Notes under the pieces: model-generated | Told to the model about the DNA's origin: nothing | The model's database searches: none | The model's input: only the letters and a program-made list of their open reading frames with translations | Source: Nitrospirota bacterium | Lineage (GTDB): Bacteria > Nitrospirota > UBA9217 | Length of the DNA stretch: 64,000 bases | Assembly: GCA_963737155.1 (NCBI GenBank) | Contig: CAVTRN010000002.1 | Coordinates: forward strand, 992,001-1,056,000 | Reading direction: 5' to 3' | In this document: positions 51,401 through 60,408 of the stretch, piece by piece | How positions within the stretch are numbered: the stretch's first letter is position 1 | How the letters are laid out: every line of letters starts with the position of its first letter | Program-made: the position numbers and the translations under genes

Positions 51401-52702
51401 TTGAGAAGTGATGGCATGCCGCAAAAAATGAAAAGCGGTCAACCGGCGCTGCGAACGACGTCTGCAGTAGTTCTCATTCTACTTCTTTCGCTGTGCAGCA
51501 CGTCGGGTGTTTCCATGGCAGCAAGCCTGTCCGGTGATTCCAGCACTTATTTTGAATCCAGGCAGCAAGAAGACGGTTCGCATGTTTTTGCAGGATATGA
51601 ATACCTCGATTTTGCCGTACAAGACATCGGCGCTGATACGGTTTCATTCCATACCGGCGGCTGGCTGCGTCAAGATTTCCAGACCGAAGAGTATGACACG
51701 AGATCGAACAGCGATCTTCAGTTTTCTTACCTGAGTTTCAAAAGTAAAACCGACAACACAGTAGTCAATCTTGGTCGCGTGATGGTTTTCGAGGGGGTGG
51801 CTGCAGAGAGGGTTGATGGTATTTATGCGCGAACTGATTTAGCGGCTGGTTTTGGGATGTCAGCGTTCGGCGGCATCCCGGTAGAGACCAACATAAATAT
51901 TTCCGGCAACAATGTGATTTATGGCGCGCGGCTTTTTAACCAGATGGGCAACATATACAATATAGGAATTTCAGCGCTCGAAGAGGAAAAAGACAGCCAA
52001 TCCTACCGGAAAGAAGCAGGCATCGATCTGTCGGTGCATCCGATTGATAAAGTGGATATAACTGGCAGGTCCAGTTATAACGATATCACTGACGGTTGGA
52101 TGGAAAATACCTATGTGCTATCGCTGGGGCCTTTCGCAAATATGAGGTTTGATACCACGGCATCGTGGATTAACTATGACGATTACTTCTTCCGTGTTAC
52201 TACAAGTGCTCTTTCTACAACATTGGGATTGCTCCCCCAAGGCGAAAAAGTGCGTAAGTTGGGAGAAGCGGCATCGTATCAGGTAACAGACAACGTGAGT
52301 ATCATTGCCGATTATAAAAATTTCGATTATCTCATCGAAGGCGATGCCAACTACTATGGGGCGATGGTCAAGTATTCCGTATCCGGCTCCGGCGGCGCGG
52401 GACTCGGGTATCACAGTATGAATGGAGACACGGACAGACTACGGTACAACGAGTATCGAGTCTACGGTTTTAAAAAGCTCGGCAAGGTAAATTTAACTGC
52501 AGACGTACTCGATTTGGTCTATGAAAGCCCCATCAATGGAGTAAAAGATTCCTTTTCCGGGACGCTTGCGGCCGAGTACGATCTCACGGACGCATGGAAA
52601 CTTGGCGCCGACGTTGAATATTCCCACAACCCCGATTTCAACAGAGATATCCAAACCTTTGTCAAGCTTATCTATCATTTCGGCGCCAAAGGAGGGGCTT
52701 AA
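51401..52702 (+). CDS. Outer-membrane beta-barrel porin of a porin-cytochrome conduit (ExtB/ExtE-like)
   Basis: Signal peptide (..SMA|AS), alternating aromatic beta-strands, LGR.MVFEGVA.ERVDG, C-terminal strand FVKLIYHF; co-operonic with multiheme cytochromes; start uncertain (TTG 51401 after GGAGG). Confidence 0.75.
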   Translation: MRSDGMPQKMKSGQPALRTTSAVVLILLLSLCSTSGVSMAASLSGDSSTYFESRQQEDGSHVFAGYEYLDFAVQDIGADTVSFHTGGWLRQDFQTEEYDTRSNSDLQFSYLSFKSKTDNTVVNLGRVMVFEGVAAERVDGIYARTDLAAGFGMSAFGGIPVETNINISGNNVIYGARLFNQMGNIYNIGISALEEEKDSQSYRKEAGIDLSVHPIDKVDITGRSSYNDITDGWMENTYVLSLGPFANMRFDTTASWINYDDYFFRVTTSALSTTLGLLPQGEKVRKLGEAASYQVTDNVSIIADYKNFDYLIEGDANYYGAMVKYSVSGSGGAGLGYHSMNGDTDRLRYNEYRVYGFKKLGKVNLTADVLDLVYESPINGVKDSFSGTLAAEYDLTDAWKLGADVEYSHNPDFNRDIQTFVKLIYHFGAKGGA

Positions 52703-52703
52703 G

Positions 52704-53144
52704 ATGAGGACATCTGCGTTCAAGATGTTTCTGTTGATGGCTCTCGTACCGATTCTCGGCATGTATGCCTGCGCCCATACGGCAAGTTATGCGACGTCAC
52801 ACCCCGTGGAAATAACAGGCTTCCCTATCTGCAGTGATTGCCACACGGATTGGCGGGCTGCAATGGACCACACCAGTGATTACGCGGAACGACACAGATT
52901 CTATGCAGGGCAGCATAGTGGGGCCTGCATAATATGCCACAAAGAGTCGTTCTGCTCCGACTGTCACGCACACAGGGAGGAGCTGAAGCCGAGCGACAAG
53001 TATCCGGATTCTCCGGAGCGGACGATGCCCCACCGGGGCGATTATTTAAACCAGCACAAAATCGACGGTCAGATCGACCCGGCTTCGTGCATGAAATGTC
53101 ATGGCCGATCGAATAATGAGAGGTGTGCCCAGTGTCATCATTAA
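52704..53144 (+). CDS. Pentaheme c-type cytochrome lipoprotein (ExtC/ExtF-like)
   Basis: Lipobox-like MYAC; CSDCH, CIICH, CSDCH, CMKCH, CAQCH; GGAGG RBS. Confidence 0.85.
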   Translation: MRTSAFKMFLLMALVPILGMYACAHTASYATSHPVEITGFPICSDCHTDWRAAMDHTSDYAERHRFYAGQHSGACIICHKESFCSDCHAHREELKPSDKYPDSPERTMPHRGDYLNQHKIDGQIDPASCMKCHGRSNNERCAQCHH

Positions 53145-54151
53145 CGAAAAGCTTGATAGCCAGCCTGCTTCTTATTGCAGGATTGTCAGCTCTAGGAGGT
53201 TGCGGCAATAGCCAAAAGAACGGACAAGCCGTGTTCTATGAGGACGATGCGCAACATCCGGCCAATTGGCTGCCTGCGGGCCACATGGCGGCCGCCCAGG
53301 CCAATGAGAGCGCCTGCACCCAATGCCACGGGAGTGATTACAGCGGAGGTATTAGCGGGGTGTCATGCACGCTGTGCCACCTCGGAGGGGTGAACTCGGT
53401 ACATCCCGTTTCGTGGGGCACGGGCAGCCAGGTTGTTCCGAATCATGGGGCCTACGTTGTGTCTAACGGGACTACCTCATGCTCGAATGTTTGGTGCCAT
53501 GGTTCCGGCCTTGTCGGCGTCACGGACAGTGGCCCCGCCTGTGTGAGCTGCCATCTCGGTGGTCTAAGCACAATATTATCAGGATGCGTTAATTGCCATG
53601 GGGTCCCGCCGAACGGGAGCGCTGATCCGAACGTCGCGGGAGCTCATGCGGTGCATAATGCGCTTCCCAACGTTACAAATGTCTGCAATACCTGCCACAA
53701 CGGCGCCGGAAGCGGAACAGTGAATCACGATAACGGCATCATTGTTGTGCAGTTCTTGAGCGTATATAGTGCAGAGAGCGGGACGGCTATATATAATGCC
53801 GCTGATAATACGTGCTCGAACGTGAGCTGCCACGGCGGCCAGACGACGCCCGTATGGCTTACTGGTTCGCTCGATGTAAGTACCCAGTGCACGTCCTGCC
53901 ATGCCTACGGCAATAGCGAGTACAACGGCTTTTATTCCGGCCAACATTATTTCCACGTGGAGGTCCTGGATTTCCAATGCACGGTATGCCACAATGTTTC
54001 ACAGCTTGCTGTAAGCCACTTCGTGTCCTTGAATACGCCAACGGTAGAAGGACTGGAGGCGCCTGCTGCTCTGACAATTCAAAGCGACGTGAATTTCAAC
54101 CCTGTTAATTTAACGTGCACACCGTCTTGCCACGCGACTCAAAATTGGTAG
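53123..54151 (+). CDS. CxxxxCH/CxxCH-domain multiheme cytochrome c lipoprotein (10 heme motifs)
   Basis: Lipobox LGGC; 7 CxxCH + CSNVWCH + CSNVSCH + CTPSCH. Confidence 0.85.
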   Translation: MCPVSSLTKSLIASLLLIAGLSALGGCGNSQKNGQAVFYEDDAQHPANWLPAGHMAAAQANESACTQCHGSDYSGGISGVSCTLCHLGGVNSVHPVSWGTGSQVVPNHGAYVVSNGTTSCSNVWCHGSGLVGVTDSGPACVSCHLGGLSTILSGCVNCHGVPPNGSADPNVAGAHAVHNALPNVTNVCNTCHNGAGSGTVNHDNGIIVVQFLSVYSAESGTAIYNAADNTCSNVSCHGGQTTPVWLTGSLDVSTQCTSCHAYGNSEYNGFYSGQHYFHVEVLDFQCTVCHNVSQLAVSHFVSLNTPTVEGLEAPAALTIQSDVNFNPVNLTCTPSCHATQNW

Positions 54152-54204
54152 TATCAGTTTTACACGGGGATGTTATATAATTGAGAAGGATCAATATATG
54201 GAGG

Positions 54205-54235
54205 AGGCCCGGGTTTCTGTCCGGGCTTTCTTTTT
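54205..54235 (+). terminator. Rho-independent terminator of the porin-cytochrome operon
   Basis: AGGCCCGGG-TTTCTG-TCCGGGCTT followed by TCTTTTT. Confidence 0.65.
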
Positions 54236-54283
54236 GTGAGATTGCAAACGATCGCATTATGAATAAATGTCGGAAGGAGAATA

Positions 54284-54634
54284 ATGGTGAAAAAAGAAGT
54301 GAGATCTCTGATGATTGTAGTGCTGATTGCATTCGCTATCAATGGGGCAGGATGTTCCAAATTTTTTGGGCCATCCAACGATGAAGTAATTAAGGCGATA
54401 AACGACAGCGGAAGACTCAAAGGCAATGCTTTTACTGTGACAGCGCCGATTGAAGTTGTGGAAAAAGGGAGCAGAAAGGATGATGGAGGCTGGCCTGTCA
54501 CCGTCAAACTTAAGTTGAGTGTTAAGATGGGAAATGGTCAGATAAGGCAGCTTGAAACAAAAACGAATTTTAGAATATATAAATCAGAGGACAGCACAGG
54601 TAAAACTGTCTGGACGGCGAAATTAGGCAAGTAA
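54284..54634 (+). CDS. Hypothetical lipoprotein
   Basis: Lipobox GAGC, GPSNDEVIKAI; AAGGAG RBS. Confidence 0.7.
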   Translation: MVKKEVRSLMIVVLIAFAINGAGCSKFFGPSNDEVIKAINDSGRLKGNAFTVTAPIEVVEKGSRKDDGGWPVTVKLKLSVKMGNGQIRQLETKTNFRIYKSEDSTGKTVWTAKLGK

Positions 54635-54755
54635 CGGTCGGTAGCGGACGTCTGTTTTTTCTCGAGGATCGAGATCCTGAAGAGGGGCTGTGGAATGACC
54701 TGCGGCTCCTCTTCTGTTAATTCAGACCTTTATTGTTCATGGCTTTTAAACAATC

Positions 54756-55172
54756 CTAATCATCTATGTTCGATGATGGCGCTCGTATCCGATTTCGCGC
54801 TCGTCCAGAGACTTGGTTATACTCTGGTGAGATTGGAGCAGGGAAATTAAACATTTTTTCATGGGAAATAAACATATCATTGAGAGTACCGTCGGTCGCT
54901 TTGAGTGAGATACTGTCGTCCCGCACTTGGACGAGCTGTGACCCATCCGGCAATTTCTCGAATAATCTGAAAAAGGATTGCTCACCTTTCGCAACGATAA
55001 CAACCGCACCGGAAAAATCCCCGCTATGTATCGTGCCAATGAGTTTGTATCCTGACTGAGCGGCGACCTGGCCATACACCTGATCAATCAAGGAAAGCGG
55101 CAGAAAGAAGAGGAGGCAAATCAGAACCAAATTCCTGATTGCTGCATTTTTGATGGTTGCGAAGTGTATCAT
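54756..55172 (-). CDS. GspC/PilP-like small membrane-anchored protein (start uncertain)
   Basis: TM segment then YKLIGTI....SGAVV.....EQ.FFRL.EKLPDG.QLVQV..DSISL, resembling the GspC HR domain. Confidence 0.55.
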   Translation of the reverse strand: MIHFATIKNAAIRNLVLICLLFFLPLSLIDQVYGQVAAQSGYKLIGTIHSGDFSGAVVIVAKGEQSFFRLFEKLPDGSQLVQVRDDSISLKATDGTLNDMFISHEKMFNFPAPISPEYNQVSGRARNRIRAPSSNIDD

Positions 55173-55307
55173 TGCATAAACTTTCAAAACACTTCCGTGT
55201 TCATTCCCTGCTAGCAACGAAGACATGAGAATAGTGATATAGCTTTCCATGGAGCGTTAAAAAAACATGAACGCGTCGGGATCGTTTTATTAAATCTCAT
55301 TGCTGCA

Positions 55308-56189
55308 TTAGAGCGTAATCTCTGTTCCAACGCCCTCTTTGGTGAAGATCTCAAGCAGCAGAGCGTGGGGAACGCGGCCGTCTATGATGTGGACTTTAAC
55401 ACACCCGGCATCGAGGGCATCGAAGCAGGACTTTGTCTTCGGCAGCATGCCACCGGCTATGATACCACTGGCGACGAGCAATTCCACTTTTTTCTTGTTC
55501 AACGTGGGAATGAGTTTATTGTCTTTGTCCAGGATTCCCGTCTGGTCCGTCAAGAGGATTAGTTTTTCTGCCTTGAGCGCTCCTGCAACCGCACCCGCAA
55601 CAAGATCAGCGTTGATGTTGTAAGTTTCTCCGTGTTCCCCGACCCCGACGGGTGCGATAATGGATATGAATCCGCCCTGATCAAGCGCTGCAATAGCGCC
55701 AGGCCTCACTTCAGTCACCTCGCCGACCAAGCCGATGTCGATAATTTCGGTTTCTCCGGTTTCGTCCGATTTTTTGGAGAGTCTTAACTTGCGCGCCTGG
55801 ATCAATCCGCCATCCTTGCCGGTCAGTCCGACAGCCTTGCCGCCTGACTGATTGATGAGGTTGACGATCTCTTTGTTGACTTTGCCGCCGAGGACCATTT
55901 CGACGATATCCATTGTTTCTTCATCAGTCACCCGCTGGCCAGCGACAAAGGTCGGCTTCTTGCCCATCCGTTCCATGGTCCTGCCGATCTGCGGACCGCC
56001 GCCATGAACAATCACCGGATTGATCCCGATGTAACGAAGAAGCACGACGTCACGAGCAAAGTCCTGTTTGAGGCCCTCATCGATCATGGCATTGCCGCCG
56101 TATTTGATCACGAAAGTCTTGCCCCGGAAGGTCTGGATATAGGGCATGGCCTCGATCAGGATCTTCGCTTTTTCAATCAGTATTTGCAT
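55308..56189 (-). CDS. argB: Acetylglutamate kinase
   Basis: [42 protein letters not shown]. Confidence 0.97.
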   Translation of the reverse strand: MQILIEKAKILIEAMPYIQTFRGKTFVIKYGGNAMIDEGLKQDFARDVVLLRYIGINPVIVHGGGPQIGRTMERMGKKPTFVAGQRVTDEETMDIVEMVLGGKVNKEIVNLINQSGGKAVGLTGKDGGLIQARKLRLSKKSDETGETEIIDIGLVGEVTEVRPGAIAALDQGGFISIIAPVGVGEHGETYNINADLVAGAVAGALKAEKLILLTDQTGILDKDNKLIPTLNKKKVELLVASGIIAGGMLPKTKSCFDALDAGCVKVHIIDGRVPHALLLEIFTKEGVGTEITL

Positions 56190-56624
56190 AGAACCTCAGA
56201 CAAACATGCAAAACCACGGATCAGTGGGTGCGATGGTGCCGAACCACGCGAAACAACTATGGTTCTGTCCGAATCCCAGAAGGATTTTGGTACAAAAAAA
56301 GAGTTATAATTTGCATCGATAAAGCACCAAAATTTGGAAGAGAGCATTACTTCGCGATTGCAGGACAGGCTAAGTAGCTCGGGGATAGCGCGTGCACATC
56401 GCTCCCTCTCAGTTGTTACCTACCAAGATATTAAATAGTGTGCAAAATTGTACGGGAATCTAAACAGGCCCAATAGCTGCCGCAACCGAGAAAAGCACTG
56501 ATATATCAGCATGTAACATGTTGTAAAATCCGGATATAGCCAGAATTAAAATGTTGTAACGCGTTGCTCTTTTTTTTCAGTGAAGCGAATCCACGTACGA
56601 ATTCAGTTCTCGTGGTTAGGATGC

Positions 56625-57977
56625 TTATAATATATACCTGCTCAAATCCTCGCTCTTCAGCACATCAGCCAGGCGCTCCCTGACGTACGCAGCGTCGATA
56701 TTGACCTTCGCGCCTTTCTTTTCTGGTGCGTCAAAAGATATCTCATCGAGCAGGCGCTCCATGACGGTATGCAGTCTTCGGGCTCCGATGTTTTCCGTCC
56801 GTTCATTTACCTGTGCCGCGATGCCGGCGATTTCCTCGATCGAGTCTCGGGAAAAGTTCAGTTTGATCTCTTCCGTTGCCAGCAGCGCGATCTGCTGTTT
56901 GATCAGTGCGTTCTGCGGTTCCGTCAAAATGCGGATGAAGTCTTCCCTCCCGAGCGAATCGAGTTCGACCCGGATAGGAAACCGGCCCTGGAGTTCGGGA
57001 ATCAGGTCAGACGGCTTGGAGACATGAAAGGCGCCGGCTGCTATGAACAGGACGTGATCGGTCCGGACCGGCCCGTATTTTGTCGTGATTGTCGACCCTT
57101 CCACAATCGGCAGAAGGTCGCGCTGAACGCCTTCCCGAGAAACATCGGGACCGTGCGATTCCCGTCCGGCGATTTTGTCGATCTCGTCCAGAAACACGAT
57201 GCCCGACTGTTCCACACGCTTCAGTGCTTCCCGCGTTACCTTGTCCATGTCGATAAGCTTCGCGGCCTCCTCCTGCACCAGGAAACGCAGGGCATCAGGA
57301 ACTTTCATTTTGCGACGCTTTGTCTTCTCCGGCAACAGTCCGCCGAGCATGTCCTTGAGGTTCATCTCGATCTCTTCCATGCCGACGTTCGAGACAATGC
57401 CGAAAGGCATGACTTTTTCCTTAGTTTCAAGCTCGACCGTGCGGTTATCGAGTTTCCCTTCGCGGAGCTGCTGGCGCAGCTTGTCGCGTGTGGTGGACTG
57501 TTGCTCCTGCTGCTCCTGCTGCTCTGCAGTCGGAGTCTCGATCCCGGGCGTTGTCCTGATCGGTGGCAGGAGTACATCGAGGAGATGGTCCTCGGCCATT
57601 GCTTCAGCCTTTTCCCGCACTTGTTCGGCCATTTCGGCTTTGACCATGTTGATGCCGATCTCGGTCAGATCACGGACGATAGAATCCACATCCCGTCCCA
57701 CATAGCCGACTTCGGTAAATTTCGAGGCTTCGATCTTGAGGAACGGGGCCTGGACCAGCTTGGCGAGCCTCCGCGCGATCTCCGTTTTCCCCACGCCCGT
57801 GGGGCCGATCATGATGATGTTTTTCGGCAGCACCTCATCGCGAAAATCCTCGGGCAGGCGCTGCCGTCTCCAGCGGTTCCGAAGCGCTATGGCGACTGAG
57901 CGTTTTGCCTTATGCTGTCCGATTATATATTTGTCTAATTCTTCGACGGTTTGTCGTGGGGTAAGGGAGTTTTCCAA
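56625..57977 (-). CDS. hslU: ATP-dependent protease ATPase subunit HslU
   Basis: [50 protein letters not shown]. Confidence 0.98.
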   Translation of the reverse strand: MENSLTPRQTVEELDKYIIGQHKAKRSVAIALRNRWRRQRLPEDFRDEVLPKNIIMIGPTGVGKTEIARRLAKLVQAPFLKIEASKFTEVGYVGRDVDSIVRDLTEIGINMVKAEMAEQVREKAEAMAEDHLLDVLLPPIRTTPGIETPTAEQQEQQEQQSTTRDKLRQQLREGKLDNRTVELETKEKVMPFGIVSNVGMEEIEMNLKDMLGGLLPEKTKRRKMKVPDALRFLVQEEAAKLIDMDKVTREALKRVEQSGIVFLDEIDKIAGRESHGPDVSREGVQRDLLPIVEGSTITTKYGPVRTDHVLFIAAGAFHVSKPSDLIPELQGRFPIRVELDSLGREDFIRILTEPQNALIKQQIALLATEEIKLNFSRDSIEEIAGIAAQVNERTENIGARRLHTVMERLLDEISFDAPEKKGAKVNIDAAYVRERLADVLKSEDLSRYIL

Positions 57978-58120
57978 TAAAGCCTCCGGGAAAATCGATA
58001 GTTGATAGCCTCATCCAGTAAACGGCATTCGGGGTTGCAGCAAAGAATCGTCTGTGTTGGTGTTTCGAGGGTTCCCCTGTCTCAGAGATCCCGCCTATTA
58101 GTATGCCGTGTGCTTTTTTA

Positions 58121-58669
58121 TTACAGTTCTTCTACGGTAATTTCCTTGTTTGTATAAATGCAAATCTCACCAGCGATCTTCATGGCCGCGGTAACGATAG
58201 CGCGGGCATCCAACGACGTATGGTCTGCGAGCGCCCGGGCCGCCGCGAGTGCATAAGGGCCGCCCGATCCGATTGCCGCGATACCGTTTTCCGGCTCGAT
58301 TACGTCTCCATTGCCCGAGAGGATGAATGAACATTCGTTATCCGCAACGATCATAAGTGCTTCGAGCCGGCGAAGCACCCTGTCCGTGCGCCAGTCTTTC
58401 GCCAGCTCCACTGCTGCGCGGGTGAGGTTGCCGTGATACTGCTCGAGCTTGGCTTCGAATTTCTCGAAAAGGGTGAAGGCATCGGCGGTTGCACCGGCGA
58501 AGCCGGCAAGAACCTTGTCATTATACATCTTGCGCACTTTTTTTGCGTTGTGCTTCATCACTGTTGCGCCAACGGTGACCTGTCCGTCTCCGCCGATGAC
58601 GGTCTTGCCGTTCCGGTGTACGGCCAGGATTGTGGTAGCATGCATGGAATTGTCGTCACTCATGGGCAT
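58121..58669 (-). CDS. hslV: ATP-dependent protease subunit HslV
   Basis: HA|[31 protein letters not shown]. Confidence 0.97.
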   Translation of the reverse strand: MPMSDDNSMHATTILAVHRNGKTVIGGDGQVTVGATVMKHNAKKVRKMYNDKVLAGFAGATADAFTLFEKFEAKLEQYHGNLTRAAVELAKDWRTDRVLRRLEALMIVADNECSFILSGNGDVIEPENGIAAIGSGGPYALAAARALADHTSLDARAIVTAAMKIAGEICIYTNKEITVEEL

Positions 58670-58706
58670 CCTTATCTCCGTTGTGAGAAATCCTTTCCTG
58701 AGACAC

Positions 58707-59606
58707 TTACGTCTTGCCCCCTGCTTTCCTCGCTCGTGGATGGGCCTTATCGTAAACATCCATCAGCGAATCGAGGTTGAGGTGCGTATAACGCTGGGTG
58801 GTCGAAAGACTAGCATGCCCCAGCAGTTCTTGGATGGCGCGAAGGTCAGCACCGGACTCGAGCAGGTGAGTGGCAAAGCTGTGCCTGAGCGTGTGCGGGC
58901 TTGCCTTCTGCGCTATCCCCAGCTTTTTTCTGTAATTTTCTAAAATACGCTGAACTGTGCGAGCTGTCAAGCGTTTTCCTGAAGGACCGGTAAAGACGGC
59001 ATGCTCATATAAACTGCTTGTTCTCCCGCCAAGATATGCGTTTATTGCGTCGAGTGCCCGGTGCCCGATGGGCACGATCCGCTCTTTTCTGCCCTTGCCC
59101 CGGATGCGGACGAGGCCGTCGCTGGTGTCAATATCGTCGCGATTCATGCCTATGAGTTCGCTGGCGCGGATGCCGGTGGAATAGAGCGTTTCAAGCACTG
59201 CCAGGTCCCTCAGGATCGTGCCGCGATTGTCATTGTTTTTATGGCGTGGAGCCTCCATCAGACGTTGAGCATCATCGGCGGTGAGTACGGCAGGGAGACG
59301 TTTTTCCCGGCGAGGCGTGCTCATGATCCGGGCGGGGTTGTTTGCGAGGACTCCTTCCCGGTTCAGATATTTATAAAATGCCCTGATTGCTGAAAGTTTC
59401 CTCGCAATAGAGATTTTCTTTATATTCAGTTTCATGAGATGGGCCAGGAATTCTCGCAGCATCTGGTGATCCACTTGGTCGAGGGCCTTATCGCCAAGAA
59501 AATTGTCGAACTGCTCCAGGTCGGAAAGGTAGCTCCGTTCCGTGTTGGAGGAGACTCCTCGTTCATTCCTGAGATAGGAAATGAAGTCAAAGATATTCTT
59601 CCGCAT
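58707..59606 (-). CDS. xerC: Tyrosine recombinase XerC
   Basis: [44 protein letters not shown]; upstream of hslVU. Confidence 0.93.
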   Translation of the reverse strand: MRKNIFDFISYLRNERGVSSNTERSYLSDLEQFDNFLGDKALDQVDHQMLREFLAHLMKLNIKKISIARKLSAIRAFYKYLNREGVLANNPARIMSTPRREKRLPAVLTADDAQRLMEAPRHKNNDNRGTILRDLAVLETLYSTGIRASELIGMNRDDIDTSDGLVRIRGKGRKERIVPIGHRALDAINAYLGGRTSSLYEHAVFTGPSGKRLTARTVQRILENYRKKLGIAQKASPHTLRHSFATHLLESGADLRAIQELLGHASLSTTQRYTHLNLDSLMDVYDKAHPRARKAGGKT

Positions 59607-59612
59607 GACGGT

Positions 59613-59641
59613 ACTTTAGCGTATGTGGCGGTATTTTGCAA
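59613..59641 (-). promoter_or_regulatory. Candidate sigma70 promoter giving a leaderless xerC transcript
   Basis: Minus strand TTGCAA-N17-TAAAGT ending 6 nt before the ATG; no SD sequence. Confidence 0.45.
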
Positions 59642-59649
59642 GGGAGGAA

Positions 59650-60396
59650 GTGCTGTCAGAAGTTAAACGAGGAGAAAAGCTGTCCAATGACGCCGTAAAA
59701 CCCCGGTCTTCGGGCTGAGACGGATTTGGAAGTGCCGGGATAAACTTGTATAGAGTTGGGAGTGGAAGTCTCTCATCTGAGAAGATATGCTGATCCATCA
59801 TGGCCCCGTGTCATGAACGGCCAATCGTGATTGTATGTGAAGCGTTGAACGGGAAGCACAGGCCAGCCAGAGCTCCGTTATCATCCAGACCGGAGCCTAC
59901 GGCGTATGTCCATGGGACCGGCATCATAACTACAACGCTATCAGCCAGTTGATGTTTTACCGGGTGGAGCTGAAGAATCTTTGTGTGTCATGGACACTTT
60001 ATGCTTGGAAAAGAGCTCGATATCATCCGCTGTGAAAGTTGAATATAGGATTTGCAATGGAAGGCCAAGTGCAATAATCTTTACATGTACGCTGTTGAAC
60101 AGTCTGACATCGACGGAGTGCTAAAAGGGGCCGAACAAAATGGAGTGTTGCCCACGCTGTGGGGGGAGGTTCTGAAGGGAAGGCTGATGGCCAAGAGGAA
60201 TTCTATAAAGGCGCTGCGGTTTGCAATGAGAGACAGGGGGCATGCGTCGACGTTTTTTGCAGGATGAGCGAAGCAGATGGCATGGGGAAACCCAAACGAT
60301 AAGTTTGCGCGAATTACCCGAGGAAAGCGGCGAGTGAAGTGATTCTTGCATGGGTCCGTGCGGGGGGCGTCTGACTACGGACGTCTCTACCGCGAT
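59650..60396 (+). mobile_element. ORF-less degenerate group II intron (class E-like), antisense to topA-xerC
   Basis: 5' GTGCTG; domain I-like GGCCCCGTGTCATG...GTGAAGCGTTGA...CAGGCCAGCCA; 3' domain V/VI-like ...GTCCGTGCGGGGGGCGTC...GACGTCTCTACCGCGAT. Confidence 0.7.
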
Positions 60397-60408
60397 CACT
60401 CGTGTCGG

